DNA from: an uncultured virus (IMG/VR IMGVR_UViG_3300044858_003318)
Lineage: Duplodnaviria; Heunggongvirae; Uroviricota; Caudoviricetes
Length of the DNA: 64,000 nucleotides
IMG/VR virus record: IMGVR_UViG_3300044858_003318
Direction: 5' to 3' (one strand)
A program made the translations under genes and the position numbers. Positions within the stretch are counted from its first letter, which is position 1. Every line of letters starts with the position of its first letter. This document shows, in pieces, positions 19,367 through 28,982 of this stretch. The notes under the pieces are model-generated. The model was not told where the DNA came from. It worked only from the letters and a program-made list of their open reading frames with translations, and ran no database searches.

Positions 19367-19517
19367 AACGTGACATGGTTTGTTGAAATGCAGTTTCATA
19401 CAAAGCTACTCGATCATATGGAAATTCATGTTGTATTCGATCCACTGTTTCAAATACTTCTTCATGAATTCCATAAGCGTACGCTTCCATCAATATTTCT
19501 TCGATCTGATCTGCCAT
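19341..19517 (-). CDS. hypothetical protein (58 aa, not in ORF track)
   Basis: MADQIEEILMEAYAYG..., behind a class-I promoter. Confidence 0.6.
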   Translation of the reverse strand: MADQIEEILMEAYAYGIHEEVFETVDRIQHEFPYDRVALYETAFQQTMSRYEQTDSED

Positions 19518-19549
19518 TGTTATATCTTATATAAAAAAATTATTTCAAA

Positions 19550-20314
19550 TTACCAAGCACGGCAAGACCAATATCTTGCTTTCCATCTAGGTCCTGGAGT
19601 TTCACAGTTATGTCTTGCCCGGAAGCTTTTACGACGAGCCGGATTAGATTTTTTTATGCGCATTGTTTTCTGGCCAGCTCTCTTTGCTGAGGTACCGCCA
19701 TGGCCAAAGTTAACTTTAACTACATTGCCGTCTGCATTGCGAACATACACTTTAAACTTCTTAACATCGCCTCGCATTGGTTTACCCAATTTAACTGTGC
19801 GACCTTGATATTCTGCTTCGGTTAATACATTAAGTTTTCCGGATTTAATATCTTCTAACATTACAATTGCACATTCATTGCATACCGTCATTTCTTCCAT
19901 GGATTCCTTTGTTTTATTTCCCCAATTTTTTGCTCCGACATTGCGACACTTAGATAAAGCTAATGATCCATATGCCGATGGCCATGTGCCTCCGTTTCTA
20001 GTATATCTCGCTTTTACTTTGTGATAACAAGCATCTCGTTTTGCTTTCGTCTTTTCCTCTAAATTTATTTCTTCAGCTTTAGGAGTACGGTTACCCATAC
20101 CTACCTGTCTCTTTTGTCGTACTAATGATTCTTTTTCTTTTTTATCAAATGAGCTCCATGTTTTAGGAGTATCGTCGGATACTTTTTTACTAGGACGACA
20201 TTTTTTTACGCCTTTTGTTTTATCATTGCCACAAGGCCTACCGTGTTGATCAACCCATTTTTCTTTGACCCATCTACGCAAATCTTCATTTAGTAAATTA
20301 GTTAGTTTAATCAT
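19550..20314 (-). CDS. basic multi-module phage protein, probable internal head polyprotein
   Basis: MIKLTNLLNE leader; K/R-rich modules separated by NLEE/MEE/VLTE; ends ARRKSFRARHNC...RYWSCRAW. Confidence 0.7.
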   Translation of the reverse strand: MIKLTNLLNEDLRRWVKEKWVDQHGRPCGNDKTKGVKKCRPSKKVSDDTPKTWSSFDKKEKESLVRQKRQVGMGNRTPKAEEINLEEKTKAKRDACYHKVKARYTRNGGTWPSAYGSLALSKCRNVGAKNWGNKTKESMEEMTVCNECAIVMLEDIKSGKLNVLTEAEYQGRTVKLGKPMRGDVKKFKVYVRNADGNVVKVNFGHGGTSAKRAGQKTMRIKKSNPARRKSFRARHNCETPGPRWKARYWSCRAW

Positions 20315-21063
20315 TACAACTCCTGTCGTATTCCTAATTTAGGGAGATATGTTCTCCAGGTATCTATTATTTGTTGTTTTTCTTGTGCAGTAATAGTTCC
20401 ATTTGCAACCCATCGTCCCAAGTATTCATCAACTACTATTTTAAATGGTACTCGTTTCTTTTTAGCTTTGAGATACATTCCTTGTATCATTGCTGGGATT
20501 TCTTTTTTAAGTAAGAAATATTTCGCCGGGCGTTGATCACCAGTCTGTATTTTGGATCGTTGCGCCATGTCTGATGGCAAATATTTAGAATCAATTGTGT
20601 TCCATCCGGATTGTGTAGTATGCTCAATTTCATGACGCAATGTGTCTCGCAGTTCAATTGCAACTTCACTTAATACTTGAGGATATTCCGCTGGATCTAG
20701 TTCAAAGCGAATTTCAACCAATGGCATTTCATCTGCATTTTTACCTGTTGCGTTGTAAGCATCACCACCGATTCGGAAATCATTTAAACCTTCAACCCAT
20801 TGCACTTTAAGTGCTAGATAGAAATCTAATGGTATAGTAGCATTTTCTACTTCTTCAAAATAAATCTCTTTGAATACAGAATCATCATCGATATTAGGAA
20901 CTGATTCTCCGGATTTGAAGTATATCTTTTTTCCAGCAAACATACCTTTTGGATCTGTTACGGAAGAATAACTATCTTTTACTACCTTAAGCAATCTACG
21001 AGACAGTTCGGATACTATGCTATCGTAACGTCCTTCGATAATAAGAGCTTTCATTGATACCAT
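20314..21063 (-). CDS. HExxH putative metallopeptidase-like protein with leader motif
   Basis: LRHEIEH..Q motif; MVSMKALIIE leader. Confidence 0.6.
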   Translation of the reverse strand: MVSMKALIIEGRYDSIVSELSRRLLKVVKDSYSSVTDPKGMFAGKKIYFKSGESVPNIDDDSVFKEIYFEEVENATIPLDFYLALKVQWVEGLNDFRIGGDAYNATGKNADEMPLVEIRFELDPAEYPQVLSEVAIELRDTLRHEIEHTTQSGWNTIDSKYLPSDMAQRSKIQTGDQRPAKYFLLKKEIPAMIQGMYLKAKKKRVPFKIVVDEYLGRWVANGTITAQEKQQIIDTWRTYLPKLGIRQEL

Positions 21064-21074
21064 ATTAATAAATA

Positions 21075-21626
21075 TCAGCCTAGTGCATTATAGTTCCAAA
21101 ACATTTCCTTCTCTTTATTAAAAGGAGCACCTACCTGTTGATAATAACAATTCAAACAAAGCATTTGTAAATTTTCTATGCGATGATTGGTTTCATCACC
21201 ATCAATATGATCTAATAGCAACGGTACCGTATCATCAGTAACTCTTCGTTCTGCATATCCACAGCACTGGCATTCTTCTGCCATTATGTTCAATGCCAAC
21301 AACCGATTACGAAGCTTCCATGTTGGATAGTTTGGATACTTGCCTTCTAATATACCATCAATTGTATATCGACCTGCTGCTGCTCGTTGACTGTCTTTAG
21401 TAATACCATGTCCAGCTTGGTTTGTATGCATATCATACAAAGTTTTACCGGTTTCAGAATCCACATACATTTTAGCATATTTTTTGTATGTAGTGAATGA
21501 TATCTTTAAGAAACGAGCTGCTTCGGCATTTGATTTAGTATTAGCTATTGCATATCGAATATCAGACTCTGGCAAATCATATGCCGTACGTCCTTTTCCA
21601 TACACATACTTATACTGCTGAGACAT
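21075..21626 (-). CDS. HNH endonuclease-like protein with N-terminal HTH-like segment
   Basis: CQCC...DHIDGDETNHRIENLQMLCLNC. Confidence 0.8.
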   Translation of the reverse strand: MSQQYKYVYGKGRTAYDLPESDIRYAIANTKSNAEAARFLKISFTTYKKYAKMYVDSETGKTLYDMHTNQAGHGITKDSQRAAAGRYTIDGILEGKYPNYPTWKLRNRLLALNIMAEECQCCGYAERRVTDDTVPLLLDHIDGDETNHRIENLQMLCLNCYYQQVGAPFNKEKEMFWNYNALG

Positions 21627-21628
21627 AA

Positions 21629-22015
21629 TTAATATACTCCTTTTTTGCGGAGTTCGATAATAGCATGTTTAGGATGCATTTTACGTTCCCACATTTCTCG
21701 CATCTCCGTTTTTAATTTGCTTGTAAAATCTAAGAATGTAGATGGATACACACCGCTTCTTTGTTTAAGATCATCATACCATGTAGAATATGCTGAATAT
21801 TGTTCGTCAAAACGATCTGCATCTGTGCGCGTTTCCCAGTATTCAATTTGATCTTTAAGTGGCCATAATTCTAATGCAATGTTAGGATCTTTACGGCGTG
21901 CTGGAAGGATTGGATGATTCTTTTCTCGATTTGCATTTTTTGTGATGAATTTATCCATCAAATTTATTGAACGGTCCTTCGCCGATTCACCTGAGTATAC
22001 TGATCTTTTACCCAT
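21629..22015 (-). CDS. hypothetical protein
   Basis: 128-aa ORF. Confidence 0.7.
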   Translation of the reverse strand: MGKRSVYSGESAKDRSINLMDKFITKNANREKNHPILPARRKDPNIALELWPLKDQIEYWETRTDADRFDEQYSAYSTWYDDLKQRSGVYPSTFLDFTSKLKTEMREMWERKMHPKHAIIELRKKGVY

Positions 22016-22018
22016 AAC

Positions 22019-22195
22019 TTATTTTGTTTTTTCTGTTAATATAACTATTTTACGCCAAGCATCTTCTGCCTGGTAAATATATTTTTTAAATTCAATAATG
22101 TTTTGTTCTTTTCGGGCTGCTTCAGCTCGTTTCATATTTCTATGATATGTAGCATGCAGCATATTAATCCTAAATTTATACCACCATTTAATCAT
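22019..22195 (-). CDS. hypothetical protein (58 aa, not in ORF track)
   Basis: MIKWWYKFRIN..., ATGA overlap with upstream gene. Confidence 0.6.
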   Translation of the reverse strand: MIKWWYKFRINMLHATYHRNMKRAEAARKEQNIIEFKKYIYQAEDAWRKIVILTEKTK

Positions 22196-22458
22196 CGTTG
22201 TTTGTATTTTTCTAATGTAACATTTAAACCTTGAGAATATAGTTCTTCGAATGCCATTTCACAATCATCATAATTACTAACATACACTGAACATTGTTTT
22301 GTGTTATGCACTATATTCGCACATTGTACGGCTTGTAAATAATTATGGCTACATATATCCATTAAGCATCCGATCACATGTTCAAACGTGTTAATATCAT
22401 CATTATGCAATATTACTTGCCACTGACCTCGTTTAGTTGTTGATTGTTTTTTGGACAT
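22192..22458 (-). CDS. clpS: ClpS-like Clp protease adaptor
   Basis: VILHNDDINTFEHVI..L...A......VH motif. Confidence 0.85.
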   Translation of the reverse strand: MSKKQSTTKRGQWQVILHNDDINTFEHVIGCLMDICSHNYLQAVQCANIVHNTKQCSVYVSNYDDCEMAFEELYSQGLNVTLEKYKQR

Positions 22459-22627
22459 CTCTGATAATTGCACATTGTTCATAGAACTCATTTTTTGTTG
22501 CATAGTCTAAACATTGATTTAAAAATCGTTGCTTTCGATCTGTATCCCAGTGATCTGGCCATTCCCATGAATTAGTTTTCATATGGTTAATGGATGTAAT
22601 CAATAATTTATCTATAAAATTCTCCAT
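22433..22627 (-). CDS. small protein with UvrB/UvrC-like helical motif
   Basis: ATKNEFYEQCAIIRD. Confidence 0.6.
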   Translation of the reverse strand: MENFIDKLLITSINHMKTNSWEWPDHWDTDRKQRFLNQCLDYATKNEFYEQCAIIRDVQKTINN

Positions 22628-22668
22628 AACATATAATAAGTAAAATCAAATAATTATCCAATTATATA

Positions 22669-23553
22669 TTAGATATATTTAGCATTCTTATCAGTTGTTA
22701 CATTGTCATACCGAACATATCCAACTCCGGTAGTGTTGCCTACACCTGGTTGTAATTTAACCATATACCATGTTTGACCTTGGTCATCTTTTGAGATTTT
22801 CATGATTTTACCAACTGGATCCGGCCATGTTATTTTGGTTTGAAAATTGTGAATTAATCCGGTATTTACTTCTGGGGACGTACGAACATTTACATAGTCA
22901 GCTGATGTTCGTTTTCTAGGATATACCAGTTTACCTATCAATGATCCTGCCGCAGGATCTTTTGGCATACCTGAGCTCGTTGCAACAGATTTACTTTTAC
23001 TACCAGTTCCTTTTAGTTCAGAAGCATATTTACGAAATGCATCTGCATTAGATTTCATTCGTTTAACTACACCTTTAAATCGGCCTGGATTTAGATAATT
23101 CGGATGATTAAGATATTCATCTGCAACTCTATCCCATTTGCCCTGATTAATCATTTTGCGAGTTACTGGTCCTAGGTCACCTCGATAGATTGCATTTAAT
23201 ATTGCCGTTCGTACATATTTAGGATATGACGCAAATTTAGGAATCAACCTAGCTGCTTTTGCTTCATTGTCTGCAATGCCTTTTGCTAACAACTTTTCAG
23301 CTGCAGCTTTTGATATTTTCATCCCTGGTTTTAACGACGGATATACCGCTGCTGTTGTACCATATCCAATAGTTAGTGTACCAATTATCGTTGCCCCTGG
23401 TTTTGCTGGAACCCTAGGGTTAGCATCATCATATGCTAGATGGTTTCCATTAGCATCAGTTGGTCCAGGACCTTCCCATTGCTTAACCATTTCTTTGAAC
23501 TCATTGTCAAATGCTAGAGATGCTTCTGACAGTATAGATTTTAGATGTATCAT
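22669..23553 (-). CDS. lysozyme (GH24-like) with C-terminal SH3b-like domain and leader motif
   Basis: WEG...YDD...TIGYG catalytic pattern; YVNVRTSP...WY.V...GYV; MIHLKSILSE leader. Confidence 0.8.
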   Translation of the reverse strand: MIHLKSILSEASLAFDNEFKEMVKQWEGPGPTDANGNHLAYDDANPRVPAKPGATIIGTLTIGYGTTAAVYPSLKPGMKISKAAAEKLLAKGIADNEAKAARLIPKFASYPKYVRTAILNAIYRGDLGPVTRKMINQGKWDRVADEYLNHPNYLNPGRFKGVVKRMKSNADAFRKYASELKGTGSKSKSVATSSGMPKDPAAGSLIGKLVYPRKRTSADYVNVRTSPEVNTGLIHNFQTKITWPDPVGKIMKISKDDQGQTWYMVKLQPGVGNTTGVGYVRYDNVTTDKNAKYI

Positions 23554-23886
23554 TTACTTGCCTCGTTCTTCACGTATAATCAATTCACCTAGTACTTCTA
23601 ATCGACCTACTTCTCGTTGAAATTCAGTTTGAGTCATCGATGTAGATATTTTACTATAGGTTGCTTTAAATTCGCGTTTTGCAGCTTTTAAATCAAATTT
23701 ACCGGCCGCAGCTTTTTTATAATATGGAAGTTTAACTTTAAAGTGATGCCACGTTAATAATGCTAATCCGCCTTTGCTGTGAGCAGAATCCGCAATCTTT
23801 TTTGCTCCAGACTCTCTAGTGTCTGCGAAGTCTTCGAATGTATCTGGTTTAGATTTTTTTTCAAATAGTAAATTTATTAGTTTCAT
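23554..23886 (-). CDS. hypothetical protein with leader motif
   Basis: MKLINLLFE leader; class-II promoter 4 nt upstream. Confidence 0.7.
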   Translation of the reverse strand: MKLINLLFEKKSKPDTFEDFADTRESGAKKIADSAHSKGGLALLTWHHFKVKLPYYKKAAAGKFDLKAAKREFKATYSKISTSMTQTEFQREVGRLEVLGELIIREERGK

Positions 23887-23897
23887 ATTAATAAATA

Positions 23898-24566
23898 TTA
23901 CAATGTAGGAATCAGTTTATATGATTTTCTGCCAAATAATAACATGGATCTAAAATCTGCTTGTTGAAATGCATCTAAATTATTTTTAGACATATAATTG
24001 AATCGCATTACAGTAGGAACAATATGATTCCAATCTATATTTTGCAATACGTGTTCTACATAATCGATATCTGGCAACATTTCGTTAACATGTAAATAAT
24101 CCCATTCAATATGCACTACCGGATAAACTCTATCCTCAGTTATATAATCGATACATAAATCTAAACCGCATTTAAATTCTGCACTTAATACGCGTAATAA
24201 TTCCGGCCGACGTTTTGCATAACGTTTAATTTGTTCAGCAGCATCACCAACAATTGGGTGTCTGAATACAAATTGACTATGATCGAGAATTAAAGAAGAT
24301 TGTTCGGTTTGAGTGAACCATGGGAGTATTATTGCATGAGCTCCATTAGAAGCTTCTCCATCTTTATACCACGTGGTATCATGTTCTAACGAGACTCCAT
24401 TATGCTTATAATATTCTTGTTCAATTTCATTTAAATCAAAACCTTCATGATCTACATGACATGTATAATTCATTAATACATGTTCTGCTACATCTTCTGG
24501 TAATGGTTTTGAAATTTGAATGTCTCGATATGTGGGTCGTATTAATTCAAATTTTAAATCGTACAT
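23898..24566 (-). CDS. hypothetical protein
   Basis: 222-aa ORF. Confidence 0.75.
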   Translation of the reverse strand: MYDLKFELIRPTYRDIQISKPLPEDVAEHVLMNYTCHVDHEGFDLNEIEQEYYKHNGVSLEHDTTWYKDGEASNGAHAIILPWFTQTEQSSLILDHSQFVFRHPIVGDAAEQIKRYAKRRPELLRVLSAEFKCGLDLCIDYITEDRVYPVVHIEWDYLHVNEMLPDIDYVEHVLQNIDWNHIVPTVMRFNYMSKNNLDAFQQADFRSMLLFGRKSYKLIPTL

Positions 24567-24961
24567 TATAACTTTTTTATTATGTTTGAAAAATTGGTTT
24601 TTGAATTATTAAAATCTGAATCAGCATCATCAAACAATTTAGTATCGAATGAATTTTTTGTTTTTGTTATCAAACAAACTGTTGCGTCAAACTGTTCTAA
24701 TCCGTTTAGCAGATACACAATGCCAAAGTATGCATACGAATCGCAAACTTTTGCTACAAATTCTGCTTTTGAAAATATTAGTTTCAATGTTCCTAAATCA
24801 TCTATAGGTGCACTGAAAATATGTTCTTTGTTTTTTAATCCTAAATATGAAAATTTAGCAGATGTTTTCATTTGTTTTGAAAACTCTTTAAAAAATGGTT
24901 TTGCAAGTTGCATTGGATCAACAACATTGCTTTCATTTAATATATTTTTTAATTTCATCAT
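24566..24961 (-). CDS. hypothetical protein with leader motif
   Basis: MKLKNILNE leader. Confidence 0.7.
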   Translation of the reverse strand: MMKLKNILNESNVVDPMQLAKPFFKEFSKQMKTSAKFSYLGLKNKEHIFSAPIDDLGTLKLIFSKAEFVAKVCDSYAYFGIVYLLNGLEQFDATVCLITKTKNSFDTKLFDDADSDFNNSKTNFSNIIKKL

Positions 24962-25377
24962 TTAGTTAGATCCTTATCATCTAATGCACCTCCTGTTACC
25001 CAAGCAGTACAAGATCTTGTACCGGCACATTTAAAATGTAAAAAGTTACAATAACCTAAGTCAGCTTTCTCAATTGTAGCCATTGCATCGATATTTTTTT
25101 CTTTGCCTTCTATTCCTTTAGACATGCAATTCCACATTTTATCAGAAACATCAAATGCTGCACAATTTGCACATTTCATTGTTTTTGCAGTAGCTTCATC
25201 AATTTTCCAACGCTTTGCTGCATCTTTCCAATATGATCCAGGTTTATCTGGATTAGCAGGACCATAGTAATACTCATCTATTGCATGTTGACGATTTTTT
25301 AAATTAACATGAATATCTTGTGTTGCAACCGGACACCCGGTTTTTGCTTCGATTAATATGTGTTTAAGCTTCTGCAT
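24958..25377 (-). CDS. Cys-rich phage protein with leader motif
   Basis: MQKLKHILIE leader; CPVATQD...YGP.NP...CANC..F...GYC...HFKCA..RSC.AW. Confidence 0.75.
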   Translation of the reverse strand: MQKLKHILIEAKTGCPVATQDIHVNLKNRQHAIDEYYYGPANPDKPGSYWKDAAKRWKIDEATAKTMKCANCAAFDVSDKMWNCMSKGIEGKEKNIDAMATIEKADLGYCNFLHFKCAGTRSCTAWVTGGALDDKDLTK

Positions 25378-25829
25378 TATTTTTTATGTTTTGAAATTTC
25401 AATTGCTGCCAATTGTTTTAATGCAGCTTTTTTTGTTGGATGTGTACCTAAACGTTTACCACCTTTGCTTGGATATACTGCCCATCCATCATCTACACGT
25501 TGTATTTTTTCAGACATTACACTACGTAGATGATTTTTAAAATCTACTGGAACGAATTGTGGTTGTTGATTGTTATATGAATCGGATGTTGACATATTAT
25601 TCATCAAGAATCCTCCAACTTCTTCTACATCATCTTTAGATGTGGCAATATGATCTGCAGCCCAACCATGTCCATCTGATAGAATTTGGTCTACATGTGC
25701 CGGATCCAATTGTAACATCGAATCTACCATTTTTTTGATGGTTTTGAGATTTTGAAAAAACATGTAGTTGTCGATGTTGCTATGATCCATTTCAGAGTCA
25801 CACCCACATTCTGTTAATTGTTGCTTCAT
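25377..25829 (-). CDS. two-module phage protein (probable internal protein)
   Basis: MKQQLTE leader; second basic module after VMSE (GKRLGTHPTKKAALKQLAAIE). Confidence 0.7.
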   Translation of the reverse strand: MKQQLTECGCDSEMDHSNIDNYMFFQNLKTIKKMVDSMLQLDPAHVDQILSDGHGWAADHIATSKDDVEEVGGFLMNNMSTSDSYNNQQPQFVPVDFKNHLRSVMSEKIQRVDDGWAVYPSKGGKRLGTHPTKKAALKQLAAIEISKHKK

Positions 25830-25848
25830 GATATCCTTTGTGTATTAC

Positions 25849-26715
25849 TTATAATGTAGCTTGTTCGAGGTTATCAGCAGAATCATATGGAATACCTTCA
25901 CCATCTTCTATAGTTACATCCGGATACATTTTACAAATAACATTGATCAATGTATTCATCGTATTTAATCTGTCGTACTCAGTTGTTAACTTTGCTGTCT
26001 TAGTATAGTCTAATGCTGGCTGTATTGTACCAACTTGAAATTCTAATAGTCTGGTTATAACTGTTTTAAAGTTTCTAGGTTCATATGTCTCAGCGGTATC
26101 AATTTCTAGATCAATTTCGCCAACTAATTGCGTTTCGAATTGATTTTTAATTAAAAGATATGCGTCTTCTATCGTTTTGTATGTTCGACGTAAAGTTGCA
26201 AATTCGGTAACTTGATCTGCTATTGGTTGCAGAATAATAGCATCGGCTTGGTCATAGTAATCATATGGATCAAACGTTAAACCGAGTTCACCTTGTTTCC
26301 ATTTCACCGGTAGTTTAAAATTTCTAGTTAAACTACCATAGTTAGTCGTTTTTGGTATGTTAATTGTAACGCTTAACACACTAGAGTCTTTATATTTTGT
26401 TACGAATTTAAGTAATCTTGAATTAGACAACATACTAGTTAAATTAATAGTAATATATCCTGTTTCATCAATTAAAAATCTTGTAGTAAATAAGTTATCT
26501 GTAGTATCATCAATAATGTACCGGGATGGAAACATACTAGTCTCTCGATCCGCTTGATTTAGATCGGTTATTCGCAAAGAATTATCTGCAGTGGCTGCTT
26601 GGTCCGTTGAATTAATTGAATTAAGAGCTACGTCAAGTTGACCGGTAATACCAGATACCGTTATATTTTCCGATACATCGGGATCTGATTCGAATTTAAA
26701 ACTAATAGTATTCAC
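25849..26715 (-). CDS. hypothetical (possibly structural) protein
   Basis: 288-aa ORF, GTG start. Confidence 0.7.
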   Translation of the reverse strand: MNTISFKFESDPDVSENITVSGITGQLDVALNSINSTDQAATADNSLRITDLNQADRETSMFPSRYIIDDTTDNLFTTRFLIDETGYITINLTSMLSNSRLLKFVTKYKDSSVLSVTINIPKTTNYGSLTRNFKLPVKWKQGELGLTFDPYDYYDQADAIILQPIADQVTEFATLRRTYKTIEDAYLLIKNQFETQLVGEIDLEIDTAETYEPRNFKTVITRLLEFQVGTIQPALDYTKTAKLTTEYDRLNTMNTLINVICKMYPDVTIEDGEGIPYDSADNLEQATL

Positions 26716-26716
26716 A

Positions 26717-26884
26717 TTATCCTTTTGATACGATAGACCAAATCGTGCCAGTAAGTGTAATTACACCACCAACTATTTCTGTTACTACGGTTTCATCAAC
26801 TAATCCACGCATAACAAAGATACCTCCAACAAATGTTAAAGCATGACGAATAATTCCTAAGATTTGTTCTTTTGTAAGTTTCAT
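26717..26884 (-). CDS. small 2-TM putative holin-like protein (55 aa, not in ORF track)
   Basis: MKLTKEQILGIIRHALTFVGGIFV.RG...GGVITLTGTIWSIVSK. Confidence 0.7.
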   Translation of the reverse strand: MKLTKEQILGIIRHALTFVGGIFVMRGLVDETVVTEIVGGVITLTGTIWSIVSKG

Positions 26885-26910
26885 ATTTTCCTTTTTATAT
26901 AAATATTTGA

Positions 26911-27720
26911 TTATGTGCTTTTAATCACAACTGTAACATTAACGCCCCAAACGGCACTACTTGCACCAGTTTCTGTTAGTCTAATTGTAACTATTTCACC
27001 GCCATTAACTGCGGTACCTGGTTCAATTGCACCAGCCTCATATGCGTTACTTAAATCTAATTGTTTAATAGCAGTAATATTAGTACCATCGATAAATAAA
27101 TCAGTATCTACCGTAGCCGATCCGGTGGTTGATGCATAGGATGTGGCTGCAGCATATATAATATCACCGGCGAAAGGCGCTACTAATCCAATTTGATTTG
27201 GACCTACTGTGTTCGGTAGAGCTGCGAAGCCTCCGATATATGTTTCTCGTCCATTTACTGTATTTGTTACTTGTGAATGAAAAAATGTTAAAGTTATGTA
27301 TTCAGTACCAGATCCAATTGCATTTAATGCATAGGATGCTGTTGTAGCAAAAGATGCTGTCCCAGTAAGTGTACCCAAAAGCGATCCAGTAAATGAAGTT
27401 GCTCTTACAGGTGCATTAATTAATAACCCTAAATTCGAAAATGAAGAAGAAATAATCCCGTTCCGGTGGCGAATCTGAGTATCTAAACTATTATTAGTAG
27501 CATTTAATAAAACGATACCCGATGTTTCGGAAATAAAATATCCGTTTGTTCCTATTTGTAAATTAGTTATTCCAGCACTTCCTGTAAATGATCCAGTAAA
27601 TGATCCAGAAGCTATAATGCTATCGGTACCAACTCCACTTAATGCATCTATAGCTCGGGTTATGTGTTCTGCTTGAATAGTACCACCATTAGTAATACCT
27701 GTTTTATTTATTATTGCCAT
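26911..27720 (-). CDS. tail-fibre/spike-like virion protein
   Basis: SGSFTGSFTGS, FTGSLLGTLTGTASFATTASYA low-complexity repeats. Confidence 0.7.
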   Translation of the reverse strand: MAIINKTGITNGGTIQAEHITRAIDALSGVGTDSIIASGSFTGSFTGSAGITNLQIGTNGYFISETSGIVLLNATNNSLDTQIRHRNGIISSSFSNLGLLINAPVRATSFTGSLLGTLTGTASFATTASYALNAIGSGTEYITLTFFHSQVTNTVNGRETYIGGFAALPNTVGPNQIGLVAPFAGDIIYAAATSYASTTGSATVDTDLFIDGTNITAIKQLDLSNAYEAGAIEPGTAVNGGEIVTIRLTETGASSAVWGVNVTVVIKST

Positions 27721-27916
27721 TTCCTATATTCCTTTTTTTATACATTGGCCAATTTTTTGTTCGTTCATTCAACCATTCTCGTCGATCATCACACCCACAA
27801 TCTTCATCTAATAACTCAGCAATTCGTTTTGCAAGTTGATCTAATCCTGTAGCTGATGTTATCCGTTTAATATCATCACCTAAACCTCTACTACCATTTT
27901 GCATCGATTGCTCCAT
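27704..27916 (-). CDS. small conserved-type phage protein
   Basis: SRGLGDDI..IT.ATG...DCGC..R.E.LN. Confidence 0.7.
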   Translation of the reverse strand: MEQSMQNGSRGLGDDIKRITSATGLDQLAKRIAELLDEDCGCDDRREWLNERTKNWPMYKKRNIGNGNNK

Positions 27917-28982
27917 TTTGAATTGAGTTTTGTAATTGCATGATCATAGTTTGCCATTGTGCCGTATTTGGTATTTCAAATACTTGTGTGCCCGGATATT
28001 GATATTGTTGTCCCGGTTTCATTAAAATCATATGACCCGTGTCATCGATTCCTAAAACATCATATTCAACATGTTCCATTGTGATGCCTCCATATGGCGT
28101 AGGTATCATTGTGCATTTACCTGGATGTCTCCATTGCCCCATCGGATCGGTAACTGCTTGTGTCTGTGTTAACACAGAATCCCACCCGGTAGTGTCTAAC
28201 TTCTTTTTACCAGTTACATGCATTATCAATGATTCAGTAACATCTGCATGTTTATTTTCTTGAATTATATCCATAACCTCTTGTTTAACAATGTTTTCTA
28301 TAGATAACCTACCTATAGATATCGTTTGCTCTAATCTGTTTAAACGTTCGATATATCCTTTATTACGTAGATGTTTAAATGCCATGTTTTCTACAGAATA
28401 TTCACCATTAGCATCTAAACCAGACTGTCGTAATTTTCTTAATTTATTTTTAATTTTATTAATTTTCTTTATAGCAGTTGGATCTGTTTCTTTAATTGAA
28501 TCGATTTCATATTCATATGGTTTTGCTTTTTGTTCAATAGCATCATCATCAATCGATATAGTATCAGCCGTTGGTTTATGCAGCCATTTATTTTTTAACA
28601 CAGAAAACACACCAACCGTTGAATGTAGGTTCTCATTCGAGTCTTGTGCATATAACTCAATATCCATTCCTTTATATTTTAACGGATATTTTAAATTCCA
28701 TACACTCTTTTTTGCATGCATATAATTACTTACTAGATGCATGTTATCGTTAACCTGTAAATAATTTATAACAACATGTAAATCGATATCGCTAAATTTA
28801 GTCCAATTATAGTTTGCACTACTTCCAATTAATATAATATCTAATACCGGAGCATCTGTTTCTAGAAATTTATAGAATGATCTCGCAATTTTCAATAAAC
28901 CTAATCGCAATTTAGGATGTAACTCGGTACCATTCCAAAGTTTTGGATTTAGTGTAGACTGAGTTTCATATTCATTAATCAT
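27891..28982 (-). CDS. Pol-beta-superfamily nucleotidyltransferase with extra C-terminal domain
   Basis: IGSSANYNWTKFSDIDLH (GS...DxD) plus IELY acidic strand. Confidence 0.8.
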   Translation of the reverse strand: MINEYETQSTLNPKLWNGTELHPKLRLGLLKIARSFYKFLETDAPVLDIILIGSSANYNWTKFSDIDLHVVINYLQVNDNMHLVSNYMHAKKSVWNLKYPLKYKGMDIELYAQDSNENLHSTVGVFSVLKNKWLHKPTADTISIDDDAIEQKAKPYEYEIDSIKETDPTAIKKINKIKNKLRKLRQSGLDANGEYSVENMAFKHLRNKGYIERLNRLEQTISIGRLSIENIVKQEVMDIIQENKHADVTESLIMHVTGKKKLDTTGWDSVLTQTQAVTDPMGQWRHPGKCTMIPTPYGGITMEHVEYDVLGIDDTGHMILMKPGQQYQYPGTQVFEIPNTAQWQTMIMQLQNSIQNGAIDAKW

